A DNA stretch of 64,000 nt, taken from the NCBI RefSeq assembly GCF_964194025.1, contig NC_134470.1, positions 68,820,001 to 68,884,000 of the forward strand. Direction: 5' to 3'. The notes beneath the pieces are model-generated. The model was not told the origin of the DNA. It saw only the letters and a list, made by a program, of their open reading frames with translations, and made no database searches. Position numbers and translations under genes: made by a program. Below, in pieces: positions 1 to 14,379 of the stretch (position 1 is the stretch's first letter; each line of letters opens with the position of its first letter). This DNA is from Convolutriloba macropyga (taxonomy: Eukaryota).

Positions 1-902
1 GCTAAATTTGTCTACACTCAAGAAAACGGAAATACCTCTTGAGGGCACTGATCGTTTGCTAAAATTTGAACAACTCTTGAAAACTGTTGTGACATCAGCA
101 TTTGACTAAAATTTGACCTCCTTTCAGCAATTGAAAAACCATCTGTCACTTTTTTATGTATCAATCAAAATCAAAGCAGATTTAGGTCATTTTGAAATAA
201 TTTTTTCCCTTTCACATGATCCCGGTAGATTCACAGCTAAAAATTGTATATTCTGTTAGGGACTCGAAATAGCTCTCGAGTATTCTGTTGTTTTCTACAA
301 ACAAAGCTGCTAGTCTGGACAACTTTTTTTAAAAAAATTTCTTTTTTTTCCGCTGAAAACCCAATAAAATCTCAGTGATTTCTCTTAATGGATTCAAAAT
401 GTCAGTCCTAGTAAGCAAAAGAAAACGTCGGACCGGTAATGTGTTTAAGAGAAACTTTTTACTTTCAAATAGAATCAAAACTTCGAGACGTTATAGTAAT
501 TTGAATATTGATTTAAGATCAAAAAAATTCAAATTCATTGAATATAATTTGTCATTTTACTGGCTGTATTAGTACAATTCAAAAACTGAGGTAAAAACAG
601 AAAAAAGCAAATAACTGTCGTTTTGTGCAAAATCAGAGATTGGAAAACCTCAAGAATTCTTGCTGAAAATAGTGCTATTCGATGACAACCTCAGCTTTTT
701 TTCAAGATGAAAAAGCAAAAATTAAATCATAGGACCTTAAACAGCTTGGACGCAAAAATCAGCTCTCAATTTCAGTATTCTCAACTCGCAAAAACTTTAA
801 TCAAAATATAAAAAAGAAACTTTTTTAACAGAGGGAAAGAAATAACGTAAACCGACAAATATCGGAAGAATTGCTCTCGAACGAGGCGGGTAGAAAAAAT
901 TT

Positions 903-977
903 TGACTCAACTGGGATTCGAACCTTTAACCTCCCGATTTTTAACCACATGCACTAACCACTCGGCTACCAGACCCT
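903..977 (-). mobile_element. tRNA-derived SINE head or tRNA pseudogene
   Basis: The minus strand reads GGTCTGGTAGCCGAGTGGTTAGTGC...AAAGGTTCGAATCCCAG, with Pol III A box (TAGCCGAGTGG) and B box (GGTTCGAATCC) at tRNA spacing. Acceptor and anticodon stems pair poorly, so it is not a functional tRNA. Confidence 0.6.
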
Positions 978-3900
978 AATTATTCCCGTGCTGCAACCGA
1001 TTTTATAGCAACAAGCTTCATTTCGGAGAGAGCGATAGATATCAATCAAAAATGAAGAGCGAAAGCGTGAAGTAGCTTGGGAAGTCAAAGAATGTTCTAG
1101 AAGAAAAGCGCAAAATGGTCATGCGAAAAATTTGCATAAAAAAGACCAAAACGTTTACAATAATCGCTATGAACTTCGTTCAAGAGCAATTAAAAGCAAA
1201 AGCTGAACACTATAGAACTCAAAAAATTTAGGTTTTTAGGCTGATTTTAATAACGAAATCCTAGGAACAAAGCAGTAAATAACCTTTACTACAACAAACC
1301 AATCCTTTTGTCACCTATTACTCTCTAACCAAATTTCAATCGCTGTCTGGAGAAATGAACATAATACAAAACTTTAATCAGACTCTTCTCAATAGCCTCA
1401 AGTGACATTGAACCGCAACCATAACAGCGATATATTTTTTTTTGTATTTTAAGCACCAAAGTATATAGCATACCAAAATTAAGTTTTGCAGCATGTGTTT
1501 TGTCATTGAACAAACAAATCAATGTTCGAATTGCCGGTACGATATACGTTTTATAATATACATCCACAACGTTTTAGAACTTTTGTTCCCCCCCCCCCCA
1601 TAATTTCCTTAGAAAACGGGAACTTAAAGGCTGTAGTCCAACAGTATAGGTTTCAAATGACTTAGCCAAAATTTCCTCTGAGTTTAGCCACTTGATAATT
1701 TGAGGTGAACAAGACGGTGAACTAGGATTTTGTACTTTTTGCCTACGAATTCTTTTCTTTAAATAACCGAATTCTAAGTGTGAAATCTTGCAACTAATTT
1801 TATATTTTCTTTTCTTTTTTGGGATTGTTTTATCAATCATAGTCACCCTTATGGTCAGAACAAAAACGTGGTATACAAAATTTGATTACGTTTTTCTAGA
1901 AAAACGAAACACTGCTTACTATTTTAAATGTAAATTGCGCCCTAAGTTGAGCTCTTCCATCAAATTTTTTTAAATTAAGTATATTTGTGATCTTTGATCT
2001 TTCAATAATGATTTTTGGTTTCACTGATGACAGACATTGCCAATTTTTCAAAAATTAGTTCAAATAAAAGTATTTCACAAAACTATATTGTGATTTAAGC
2101 AATAGCACATCAGGGATATCTTAAAATTTTCTGTAGAATATTTTTAATGCAAAAGTGGGAAAAGGCTTTCAAATATAAAGAACAAAAGTATGCTGCCATC
2201 GAGTGTTCTTAGGTATGGTGTCAGAGCAGAGCTAGTGCTAGAATTTTGCATAATTTCCGGCAATTTTTTTTAAAAATTTTTCATAGGAAAAAATCAGGAA
2301 ATTTGTCAGAGGAAAAAAAAGAAATGAATTAGTTTTTATTGAATTTAATTTAATTAGTTTATTTTGTTAATAACGGTTTTCGGATCTGTTTGTTCTTAAA
2401 AATCCAAGGAAGTTTGTAGATAAAAGAACGTTTTTTCATTTTCGTTTTTTTTCTAATTTCTGAGAAAATGTTGAAATCTCAGCGTTAGAGCTACGCGATT
2501 TTTATACGTCACTGTTCAGCCGTGTTAGCAATAAATGATTTTATTGAACGTTCCGATTTGTCAAAATTGAGCGATTGCAGGTAGTTGTAAAGGTAACGAT
2601 CGGCACATGACTTCTTAAAACAATTTGTTCAATAAAGACAATATTGGAAATTTCAGTTAATCATATTAAAACATATTTGAATAACGTTGGTCAAAAGCTC
2701 CCAAACTACTTCCAAGGGTGTCATATAGTCGCTAGCTTAAGCTTGCGGAACTTATCGGCGCGAAGCAAAATTAAAGGGGGCATAGACAGGAAAACCAAAT
2801 TACCACGTTTCCAGATATACAGCAATTTTACGCCCAAACATCAGAATACAGGGGAGGTTGGAGTGGATACGTGGCATCTAAAACTCATAAGATGCGTTAG
2901 ATAATTGCACTCAACGCCAAAATTATGTCTCTTCAGCAATTTCGGTGAATCGTATTATATTGACGCTAGATTTTAGAGAACTAACTGTTCAGCAAATTTA
3001 TGCCCTTATCATTGACCAGCTAGTTTATAGATAAATTTATAGCAGAGCGCAGTCTCCAGAATGTCTTTTTTGCTGGATCATCAGCTTCATGAATCCCATT
3101 TTTTGTGAAATTTTTTAAAGAAAAAAATCAAAACAGTGCTGGAGCTTTCTACCAACTGGTTCTCATTTGTCGCAATATTTGTAATACACATCATTTCTTT
3201 CCCAAGCTATACTATTTTTTTTAATGAAGACACGTCATGTGTGCTAAATTTGCTATCGAATTTTACATAAACGAGGATGGGTGCATTATCCGAAAGCAGC
3301 TCACCAGGCCTTTTAATTATGAGGGATGGGATATTAGGTGAAAACTCGATTAGGAAAGGAATTTTTGTTGCAATTAAGCGAAAATACTTAACTGAAGTGT
3401 TGTGGAAATTAGGCGAACAGCAATATAACACTGAAAAGAGGTACTTCAAAACCCGCTCGATGTTATAAAGTTGTCAAGTGTCCCTAACAGTCGTCTTTAC
3501 ATACCAAAGAGTTGTTAAAATTACATGCAAAATGTATAATTGTTTTCATTGTTTTGCATCTGTACTCAATGTCATCGAAGCCAATGATTTTTGCTTTAAA
3601 AAGTAAGAAGGGAAGAAATGTTTAAAATACTTATCAATAGCTTTAATCTAAACAATTTAGAACGACTCGTTGCAAAAAAAGCACGAAAAATGCTCTAACC
3701 TACGTCTTGAAAATGATTGAAATTCGATAAAAACTATGTTCATTTTTTGACGAATTTCAAAGCTTTTTTCTACGAAGTCTTTAGTTATAGTCGCGTGATT
3801 ACATTATATTACCCAAAGGATATTGCAGTACCTCCTTTAAACGTTTTAATTGGTATTCGCCTAATTTCCACAAAACTTTGGTTCAAAATTTTCGCCTTAT

Positions 3901-4836
3901 GGCTACAAAATTTCCTTTTGCCTAATCGAGTTATCGTCTGATATCCTACGCCCCTTTAATTAAATTGAAGCATGCCCTTTCTTGCTTATTTTTAAAATTC
4001 TTGTTTACATTTGCTGTAGAGATATCACAGTACAAAACTCTCATCTGCGCTCATATCAGCTGAACAAGTCTTTCAATCAACTTTTGTTCAGCAAAAAGCT
4101 GTCGAATGCAATGACGCTGTTCTATTTGAAGCCAAGTTGTTCACAAAAACAGTCTGAACCGAATAAGTTTTGATCTGATTTGACGAACTGTTCACGTCGT
4201 ATTGTTTTGTTCATAAGACTCGGCGTGTTACTTAAATCTGGTCAATGTGGTACTTAAATGCAATTTTTATATTAAAAACATCAATCATAAAAATTTATCA
4301 ACATGGCTAAATTTAGAATATTCGCGTTAACATTTCATGATAGCGAATGAAAATACCAACATGAACAAAGTTTTTTATTACATTTTTTTACGTCATTGAG
4401 TACAAACAAATCAAGTGAATCCAAATCGATCGGAAGAATATATCGGATGTCGAAGAGAATTTCATCACATGATAAAAAATGTTATGCCCTAATTTTGAAC
4501 CAGTAAATCCTTTCAAGACTCGCATGTTATGGAGATATTGAGAAAGCAGATTCCTCAAATATTTGAATGAAAAGTATTTAACACTCAATAATTAAACTAA
4601 AGTACGAAAAATAAATTACACAATGGGAACGTTCATAAAGTGTATCCAAGTAAAACAAAGGTACCTTATTCTAAACCTAAACATCTAAAAGCAAAACCAA
4701 ATGTAACTACATTCAATCTAAGTATTTTAATGAGTTTTCGTCAGCATTCAAGTTTAATTTAAGTTTTCACGTTTTCATAATAATCATCATCATTATCATA
4801 CCATGAGATAGATTAACAAGAGTGATACAGGTATCA

Positions 4837-4976
4837 TCAAATGTGCTTTCTTAGGCGGTCATTAATCCCTTCATGATTCAGCAAAAGATCGACGTCAACA
4901 AAGTCATCGTGGTCATTTACAGACCTGGAGTTGAGGAATCTCATATCCAGTCCATCAAAGGGGTTAAAGGCATCAT
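4837..4976 (-). CDS. Small uncharacterised protein, terminal exon 3 (DDAFNPFDGLDMRF...RLRKHI*)
   Basis: Acceptor ctctatttag; phase-1 start matches exon 2; open for 45 codons to TGA at 4837-4839. Confidence 0.7.
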
Positions 4977-5569
4977 CTAAATAGAGTAAATTTTAACTGG
5001 TATTTGCATTGAAGTCAAATAGGTGGTCAATTGCAGAGAGGGTGGAGCTTTCCGCTTCGTTCAGTGGTATTTATTTAACAATCCATCAAATATTAACAAT
5101 CATTTTTGCTCACATTTGTCATGTCACTACAGAGGTCAGCTGAGACCTGTCCAACATTTTCACCTCTGTTGTTAAAAACAACGCGATATCAGGACAGCGC
5201 ACCCTTCTCAGGCGTAATAGAATCCCTCTAGAAATTATGAATTAAGTTTCTATGTAATGTCCTGTTCTACCGCTTATGTGTCACTGATATAAACTAATGC
5301 AAAAAATACTAGATATGTAGAGAGAATTATTGAAAAAGGCATTTATATAGGAAAAAAAGCGTCGACGAGCAAAGTGGGGCACTGAAAACTCAACATCTCG
5401 ATTCACTTGATTTCTGACTATCATCAAAACTTGGCCCCAAAAAAAACTCAGGAATCACCTTCAAGTAGATTACAATTTAAAACATTTTAATTCCTTTTGA
5501 AAGCCAATAGTAGATTATCTAGTTATGTCATGTGTTCCATTATATTCCAAATAATAGAAACTGACTAAC

Positions 5570-5647
5570 CTATAGGGCATATCCATCTTAGCGGAGGTGC
5601 GTCTAATGCTACGTCTAAGACTGAATCCAAGGCAAAATTGGTCACGT
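5570..5647 (-). CDS. Small uncharacterised protein, exon 2 (DVTNFALDSVLDVALDAPPLRWICPI)
   Basis: Acceptor tttattttcag and donor AG|GTTAGT; 78 nt, phase 1-1, no stop codon. Confidence 0.7.
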
Positions 5648-5988
5648 CTGAAAATAAACTCAGGTAAATATCATAGTTAAAGAATCTTGACAGTAAAAAC
5701 GTACACTATTCCAGATCTGCACTAAAAATTATCCGGATGAAAAGGTATTACCAATATCAACTGTAAGGACAATTTTTAGAGAGTGCTGGCAAGTTTGAAC
5801 GGTTCGCTATCCCCTAAAGTTACTTTCTTTCAATCTATTCCCTTTGGGGGTCATTTTGTTGATGCAACGTTTTGTTAAAAACCGTTTTTGCTAAACATTA
5901 AGGCATGGGAGTGTAAACGCTCTATTAATAAGAACGAAACAAAAACATGGAAAAATAACCCATTTTTGCTTGAGAACCACTGACTGAC

Positions 5989-6196
5989 CTTTAAGAGAGG
6001 GAAAAACGTAAACAAAGAAGTAGGAAGCTGGCATAGCTGCATATGAGAGGGTTCTTCTGGTAATTGAGCCAGTGGCATAGAAACAGTTCACAACTGCCAC
6101 TATCGTAGTCACAGGGTAGGAGGCTCTCCTGAATACATTCCAAAACAACCGCTTATCCGCCGGCACATCCCGCATCCACTGCCCGTTTGGAATCAT
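5989..6196 (-). CDS. Small uncharacterised putative membrane protein, first coding exon (spliced product ~141 aa)
   Basis: ATG at 6196 with an in-frame stop just upstream; donor AAAG|GTCAGT (phase 1); GC-richer than flanks; two moderately hydrophobic stretches (VTTIVAVVNCFYATG, LSYAAMPASYFFVYVFP). Confidence 0.7.
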
Positions 6197-9059
6197 GCTT
6201 CAATTTTTCGGGAGGAGCTGTGGTTGATTTCTTTCGATCTTTTTTGATAACAATATGCTCAACTTCTCAAATTTTTTTGAAATTTGATAATGAATAATAA
6301 TTTGATTGACCAGTCAAATAAGCAGGTGCGTATAAAAACCAACTTAAACGGTAAACGTTTCACAAATATATTTGTAGGCAGTGGCGATTTTCAATTGTAT
6401 CAAATTAGGTGGTAAAATTAAGTTCTCTGTGGGACCAGATAGACTAGGGTCACATACAAAGGAAGATAGATCAAGGAAGATAGATAAGACAAATTTAGGG
6501 AAATAAGATCAGTTGAGGCCAAATTTGACAGGTTCAACAAAAGAGATAAGGTCAGCACAGATTTATGTCGTACAAGAACTGAAAGAAGTAAAAGCTTATG
6601 TCAACACTAAGGGTTTATACCTGATTTTACTTCTCACGAATTCGTTTTCCTGTACACCTACGAACTCTTTCAAACAATGGGCCGTGGGACGTTTGTTTGT
6701 GTTCAAACTCTCGCCTTTCAAACAGTAAGACCTTTGACTATATGAACATGTTTGACACCTTCAAATAATACCAAATTTGCTATGTCAACTCAATCAGAAA
6801 AGTCAGATCAGTTGTTTGTTTTGCAGCATCAAAATCAGTTACAGCAAGCGTGTGATTAGCCCAAATTTACACTAACAGGTTTTAAATTTTACTCCAGTTT
6901 CAAATGCGAATGTAGCAATAAACTCTCAGGGGAAAAACCACACAAATCGGGGTCAGGATAATCGCATCGGGTGATAACCGAACGAACGACTAACTAATAG
7001 AAGTTCCAAACTTGTAATCTTGAAACATATATTGCAATTTCTCAGCGAAAGCTTTTCTAATCGATGTAAAAATGAACTACAGTTCCAAATTTTTTATTCG
7101 AACAGAAAATTGTGAATGATAATTGAAGTTTCAATGATAAAAGTCAATCACGGAAACACATTTGAAAGTTGCAGAAGAAATTGAATAGAATAATATTTTT
7201 AAAAAATCGATCAATCTAACGCAGTAGTTTTAGCCAAAATTGTAATGGCATTAAACTTTGCAGACTTTACTACTTTCAGCAGAAACAAAACCACCAATCG
7301 TAACAGCGATAGTAAGTAATAATAATACAAGTTCCATAATTTAGTCAATAATACAAGTTAAACGTTCAAACACATGACTATTGTTTCACTCAAACATACA
7401 TATATTCACACACACCACATGTCTACGTCTTAAAAACTGAAACGCACACAAACACACACTTGCATCATCTTAAATTAACACTATTGCAAACTTTCCTGCA
7501 ATATGGCACAGCAAGCACTCAAAGAAAAACCTGCAAAAAATATTCTCCAACTTTTAAAACATGAAATTACGGTTTTCCCTCTTCTTTGACATTTGGACTT
7601 TTACGGTGCTGGTTAGACCATACTCCAGTATTGTAGTGATGAAATCCAATCCAATTTAGTAAGTTAAGTAGTAACGAGGTAAGTTATAACCAGTTGCAGG
7701 TCATACTAATAATCACAAGGTGAAGTTAGTAGGGAGTCGTGAACGCAGTTTTAAGTCATAATGCTAATCTGAAATACAGAAATATCTAATGAAATTAGTA
7801 CAAAGTTAACCGCTCAATGACAGCGTTGAAAAATCAACTCGATAATTCACGCGATGACAGGAAAATAACGCGTCCTCCCATACCATCGACGGACATAAGT
7901 GGTGAAGATTATCAGTATTCATATTTAGCAAGCTAAATAGTTCGACAGACCATGTTTAACAGAAACCAAAAAACGTCATGAATAGCCCAACAATTTTTTG
8001 TTCTGTGCAATTCAGAACTACGCACAAGACAAAACAGCTACATAACGATGAAAATACTGCATTTCAGCAGGTAAATTTTTTCCAGTAAAGAAATGGGTTT
8101 GTTTTTTTACTTTAGCCTTGCTCGATTTATATTATTCAAGTTTACGGGTCACTGGTAGAATCAAGGTATGTGTCGCAAGAATAATTAATTATCATTAATC
8201 TTAGGGTTTACCTGACTAGTTAAAGCTCTACTTCTCTTAGTATAGAACCCGTCCGTCCTATGAGATTACTTAGGCAGTGTACGGGTCCCAATACTAAAAC
8301 CTTATACGCAAGATCTCCCGACTTATTAGAGAGTGAAAAGAGAGAAAGAGAAGAATTCTTTACTGCAATATCAAGCTTGACAACAGAGCTAAAGCTAAGC
8401 TAGGGTAAGAGTGATTATTGTTCCGACCCCACTTGTGGGGGGGGGGGGGGAGGAACTATATACTCAAATGGGTTTTTTTTGTTCCGTGAATTTTGGCCGA
8501 TCGATATATTCATCGTAGAGAAGAGTGAGTGGTATCATTGAAAAGCTCGTCTCGCGTAGAATTCGGAATTAAAAAGATTTTTTCGAATTTCATGTTTTTT
8601 GAGGAATTATCGAGGTTTAAAGTTTTGCGTGAACACGTGAAGTTTGGCATGATTTTGTTCACCTTTTGTTCAAATTAAGCTATTTTCTATAAAAAAAAAT
8701 ATCAATTCAAAATTACATTTTCTGCTATAAATGGAACATTCTTGTGATTCTAACAGACGAAAGGCCATAAAAGGGGTAGTTTTCGTCTCATAGTGATGTT
8801 TACTATAAAAAATTCGATTTTTATTTGCGAGCTGATTTTTTAAAAACCTTTTCATGTTTTTTTTATTTTTTTTTTCAAGTCACTTGGAGACTAGTCACAT
8901 TTATTATCCAGGTTGTGTTCCTGACAAACCTCATTTACCGTCAAGTAATGCCCAATAAACAAATAATTAGTTTTTAAGGAATCGGGCAATTTTTATGGCT
9001 CCGATTCTGAGTTTTATTGTTTTATTAATTTTTTTTAAATTTTGATTCTTTTTTTGAGA

Positions 9060-9460
9060 TTTTAATGAGATTTTGTAGCCCTATGACATAGATTCGTTGA
9101 CTAGAATTGCAATACGCTTCCTAAAGAGCATTAAGCGAACCTATTTAGTAATTTGAGGGGACAACTAATGGCTGTTAAGACTTGAAAAAAAAATTTCGAA
9201 AGAAAATTTTCTAACGAAATTTTGATTTTCTATTTGAAAGTTTACTAATTTTTCGGGGTCCTATGGCATAGACTCGATGACTAGAAAAACAATAGGCTTC
9301 TTAAGGAACAGTAAACGAACTACGTAGTAACTTGAGAGGACAGCTAATGACTGTTAAGACTTTAAAAAGTTTTTCAGAGGAAAACTTTTTAATGAAATTT
9401 CGATTTACTTTTTGAATTTTTTTTATAAATTTTCGGAGTCCTTTCGCATTATTAGGGTTC
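9060..9460. repeat. Degenerate ~181-bp tandem repeat (about 2 copies) in a T-rich region
   Basis: cctatg(a/g)cataga(t/c)tcg(t/a)tgactagaa...gacaactaatggctgttaagactt recurs at ~9079 and ~9260. Confidence 0.6.
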
Positions 9461-11917
9461 AAAATAAGTCACAATGTAACATATTAAAACCCTGAAAGAT
9501 ATAGATCATCGTTTTAACGGCCTCGACACTTTCTTGAAGAAAGTAATTGAATTTTTTAATTTTGTCTGTAACTGTCATTTTTACTTTGTCATTTCGGTCG
9601 TATGAAATTTCCTTTATAGTGATAGGTTTTTTTTGGTTTTCATGGAAGAATAGTTGAGCCGATATTCTGATTTTATGAGATAGCTGATGGCTTTCCTGAC
9701 TTTGAAAAGAATCGTTTTCCAAAACTAAAAAAAAATTTAACTTCGCAATTTTGTTCCTTTTATTTTTCTTTTTGTTACCTAATCTCGTTAGTTAGTTACA
9801 GCTCAAATATGACATTGTGGATGTCAGGGGAAGGTGTCAAAAGGGATTAGTGTCCTCAAATTTTTTTAAAAAAAGAATTCGTTATGACCTTACTGGCTTC
9901 GACACCGGTTTTTCACAAAAAAAAATAAATTAATTTGATTTTTGTCAATTTTGACGTTCTTTTTGTAGACGTTAAACATATTCTGGATAACTGCAGGTCT
10001 CAAGAGCTTCCTATGGATGAATAAACGACCCTATTTGAACATTTCATTATGTAATTAAAGACTTCTGATGTAATTTTATTTCGAAAAAAATTAAAAGTAT
10101 TACATACTTTTGCCCTTCTTTCTTTTTTGTCTACCTGTTACCTAGTCTCACTAATGAATGACAACATACTACATTTTTGGTATTTGAAGAAAGCGCAATC
10201 AGATATATTTTGAGGGCCAAAATATGGCTTGAAGGTTTTGACAGCGTTCTCTGGCAAGTTTCAATTAATTTTTTGTTTGTTGTTTTTTTGTTCTTTTTAG
10301 CCGCTTAAAAAATAAAAAAGGTCAGGTCCTGATGCCCTTCTATAGAAGCATTGGTTATCGCATGCCTTTAGGATATTTTACTTGATTTTTAACGGTTTTC
10401 ATTACTTTAAAGTTAATAATTTAAAAAAAGAAAGCGAATTTTTTAACTTTACTGTTTTTGTTCTTTTTTGTCTAATTGTTACCAAACCTTTTTATGGACT
10501 GGTCCCATATCTTTTCTGGTGATTTTTAAGTTATTTTGTTGAGTCTGAGTTTTATCTGACGGTATAATGAATTTGTTATTAAGCTTTGTTTTTTAAAACG
10601 GACGTAAAGTTTTTGATGTAATTAATGTTTGTTGTTGCTGTTTGATTTTGCTCTTCGTCTTGACTCGCTTTCTTAATATTGGCATATCACAGCAATCTAA
10701 TGCATCAATTTTTACTCCACTGAGTTGTTTGCTTTGGAGGCTATCTTATCGTTTATACATAATTTTTTTGAAAAATACTTGGGTTTTTTTGAGTTTTTTG
10801 GGATTCCAAAAGATAATTTTTGGGTTTTTCTATCTGTTCCTCATTTGGTAGACAATTATGCCAAAATTGTGGATGGGCGGGGTCGGAACCTTATGTGGCA
10901 TCGCACATTACCGAGCCGCCTTGTTATTTTTTATAGTAATAATTGAAAGATAAATCTAAATTTAACAAACAGAATTAAGTATATTAAATATTCAGTCAAA
11001 GTATTTTATTATTGGATCTCAGCAAAGCTGGCTCTAAATGGCGAGCGTGTTAATATTGTTTGGGCCAGGCAAAAGCCTGGATGGTATGGAACGAAGATTT
11101 CCATTTGATTGCGCACTTCTAATGGCACTTGAGAAAAAAATGGATTTTTATAATTTCATTTGCTAATTTACTTTCGGCCGATTTTTTTTATTTATTTGAT
11201 TAAAGTTTTTTTATTTTCTCCGATTTGATGCTTTATGCCAGTAGATAATAGTTATGAGAAAGGCGAAGACTAATTCAAGTTGTTTCCGGAATTCTTCCGG
11301 CTATGTTTGACTTAATGGAGAAATAGGATTTTTGAGCACATTCGCACAACAATGCTGACGACAAACGTGTTTGTACGTATTCAACTCCTCATGAAACTCA
11401 AACTGTAGAATTAAGTATTTTTTCACAAAAACAGACAATTAGACTTTTATAAAATAGCATGTCGTATCGTCGATATTTAATTATTCAATTATTTAGACAA
11501 TCAAAATACTCTACAACTCCAAATTTTCTGTTCCGCTCAAAAGATATTTCAGCTTGCTCCGTTTTTGGTTTTGCAGAAAATTTTTTGGAATAAAGATGTG
11601 TCACAAGCTTTTGTACAATTCTCATTATTACAGCTCTCTTCCTAGGATCTAAAAATTAGAATTCTGTCGAAACTGGGGAGCCAATCAGGCTATTAACTGC
11701 AATTTTTGCAGTGAAATATCAGTCTCAATGATCTTTGAGCCGAAATTTGATGCTGAGAGCAAGTCAGGACATTCTGCTTATGCACATTACCGAGCCTCAT
11801 TGTTGTTCGCCATTTCTAAATATCAATATTAACATCAAAACAGCTAGCGATCTGCAACAATTCAGTAAAAAAAATAGTTTACTCGGTCTCTTCAATTTTA
11901 GGTTTAATATACTTTCT

Positions 11918-13790
11918 GAGAGAGAGAGAGAGAGTTAATTTATCCCGGCCTATAAATCAAATGTAAAAAGAAGGATAATCAAAACACGACAAAAATCACA
12001 ATCAAACATCGAAAAATAAATGCATTTAATATATCCAAAAATCAAATTAAAATTTATTCAAGATTATTTTAGGCTGGGAAAAGACGCGCAACGAGGTCCT
12101 TAGACCTACTTTCCAGCGTGCCCTGTAATATAAACGTCAGAGTGAATAAATTTAAACAATTTTTTTTTCAATTTAATATGACAAAAACTGTCTTTAGAAA
12201 TTGAAAAAAGATTTTTGACAGCAGAAATCGAATCGCAGTGCCTTCTACAAAGGCACCGCACAAATTTTTGCGTACACTTTTCAATTATTTTCAAAGAATT
12301 TCCAGGAGTTGCAGGGATGTGACAAATTATCCAAAAAACACATTTCGAACGAGATCATAGTTCCCTTGTATATATATATGAGTCCTTCAAGTTATGATAG
12401 ATATCAGAGACTTGCTTAATGGTTGCATTTCCTACATAGTCAGGTATGAGAAATTGTATTTTCAACATATTAAACAATTTGGAAGCTCGGTGACAAATCG
12501 AGTTTCGCTTCATTTTAGTTTTGCATAATGGAACTTTCAGTAGCATAAAATCAGCGCGTCTAGTTGAATGAGTGCAACTTTCGAACTGAAAAATGGTATT
12601 AAGATAATCCTCGGAATGCATATGATTTAATGACTTCAAAAGTTTATAGATATGCAATTCGAGCACAGTTAGTATCTTATTAGCCGTAAACAAGTCTTCA
12701 CTATCATTATGACGTTTTCTGAAGTATATTACTTTGATTATTTTCTTTTGCAATTGATAAATCGGAGAAAGGGATGAGAAGCTACAACACCCGTAAACAA
12801 GAACACCATATTGGATAATTGGGCATACCACATTCCTATAGTATTCAATCAATTGGTAACGCGGAACAAAGTGTCTTAATTTGGATATTACACCGCATTT
12901 TCGTCCAAGACGTTCAGTAACGGAACCTATGAGCGTGGTAAGAGAGCTTTGAACCAATTTTCAATCCTAGATACTTACATTCATGGTCGATATTTATAAG
13001 ACTAGAAGCAATATTAAACCTGAGACTGGAAGCACTTGCTTTTGTACATATTTGAAACGTATTACTTAAATTCAGCTTAATTTTATTTGCATTTGACCAT
13101 CTTGCTACATTGTCAAGGTCTGTTTGAACATCTGATCTGGAGCAGTCTAATCCACACTGTATCGTCAGCAAACAGATACACACTAACATGATTACAGGCT
13201 TTAGGTAAATCATTGATATAAATGAGGAACAACAAAAGTCCAAGAATGGAACCCTGAGGAACACCACAAGTGATACTTAATTAATTGGATGATACTCCAG
13301 ATAAGGTTACTCTTTGTGATCTATCACATAGGTAGCTATGAAACAATTTCCAGCAATTATGACGTATACCGTACCGTTCCAACTTGTTGAGCAAAATTTC
13401 ATTATCTAGTGTATCTAAAGCCTTTTTCAGATCAAGAAAAAACTAACTGTCTCAGATTTACTTGATCTTATCGTTTCTGTGAGTTCAGCTAGGGCATCAA
13501 TAGTTGAATGTTTTTTACGGAAACCAAACTGTTTAAAATACAAAAGATTAAAACATTCCAGATATTCGTATACTCTCGTGAACATCGCGCGCTCATATAT
13601 TTTGCTCAAGACATTCAAAAGAGAAATTGGCCTATAATTACTCTCTTCTACACGTGATCCGTTTATAAAAAGCGGAAACACTTTAGCTTTTTTGAGCTCA
13701 GAGGGGAAAGATCCTTCGTAAAAAGATACATTTATCAATGATGTAAGGTGTTTGGTAATCACTGATCCTGCAGTCTTAGCCAATATATTA
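11918..13790 (-). mobile_element. 5'-truncated, decayed non-LTR retrotransposon (CR1/L2-group LINE): RT, 3' UTR and (TC)n tail
   Basis: Frameshifted pieces show [58 protein letters not shown] and a C-terminal IIQYGVLVYG. Ends in a (TC)n microsatellite at 11918-11935. Confidence 0.9.
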
Positions 13791-13995
13791 CTTATTTCGT
13801 CTTCACCTGATGGCGATTTATTGGGAAGAGAGTTAATAATATCAATCCGAATATTTTTTGGTAATTTTTTGCCAAAAAATTTGGTAATTTTTTGGTAATT
13901 AAATAAAAAATAGGGGTGTAGCAGAAACTATTGCTCAATAGGGCACCACTGCTGTGTCCCGCATTGTATTCGTGTAGCTTGACTATCAACTCTAG

Positions 13996-14130
13996 GATCG
14001 TTGTGCTCTCCCGCCTAGTTTTGTGCCATTACATAGTAAAACATTGTTAAAATATGGCACGTGCTGCTGGTGGATGCAAATAATATCCACCATTAAACGG
14101 GGGGGGGGGGAGGAGAAACGGAAAAGATCC
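13996..14130 (-). mobile_element. Degenerate copy of the Merlin-like MITE, reverse orientation
   Basis: Reverse complement of the MITE core (gtgccattacatagtaaa, tgcaaataatat), ending in aaacggaaaagatcc. Confidence 0.6.
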
Positions 14131-14379
14131 CAACTCTCACACACGAGTACGATTTGGATCTTCTGTCCCCCCGTGTTTTTATGAACCTCGTCACAAATTA
14201 TGAGTTGTTATATTGCACGTCATTGTTTTAAAAAAACCAGCACATGCGCTTGGTGAGAGGGAGCGTAAAAGTTATAGAGCCAATCTAAGGGGTTGCGAAA
14301 CATAATAGATCCCCCATTTTTACGCTGCTTTGCAACAACCTGTCTTCTTTGGTTGCGTACAACCGAAGAAACCTTTTTG

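Noticed and set aside
903-977. Functional tRNA gene
   Set aside because: A and B boxes are present but the acceptor, anticodon and T stems pair poorly.
6428-6640. Possible solo LTR (TGTGGGA...TCTCACG) upstream of the small gene
   Set aside because: No terminal CA, no convincing TSD and no second copy in the window.
8170-8450. Possible solo LTR or TE end before a poly-G tract
   Set aside because: Termini and TSD could not be defined.
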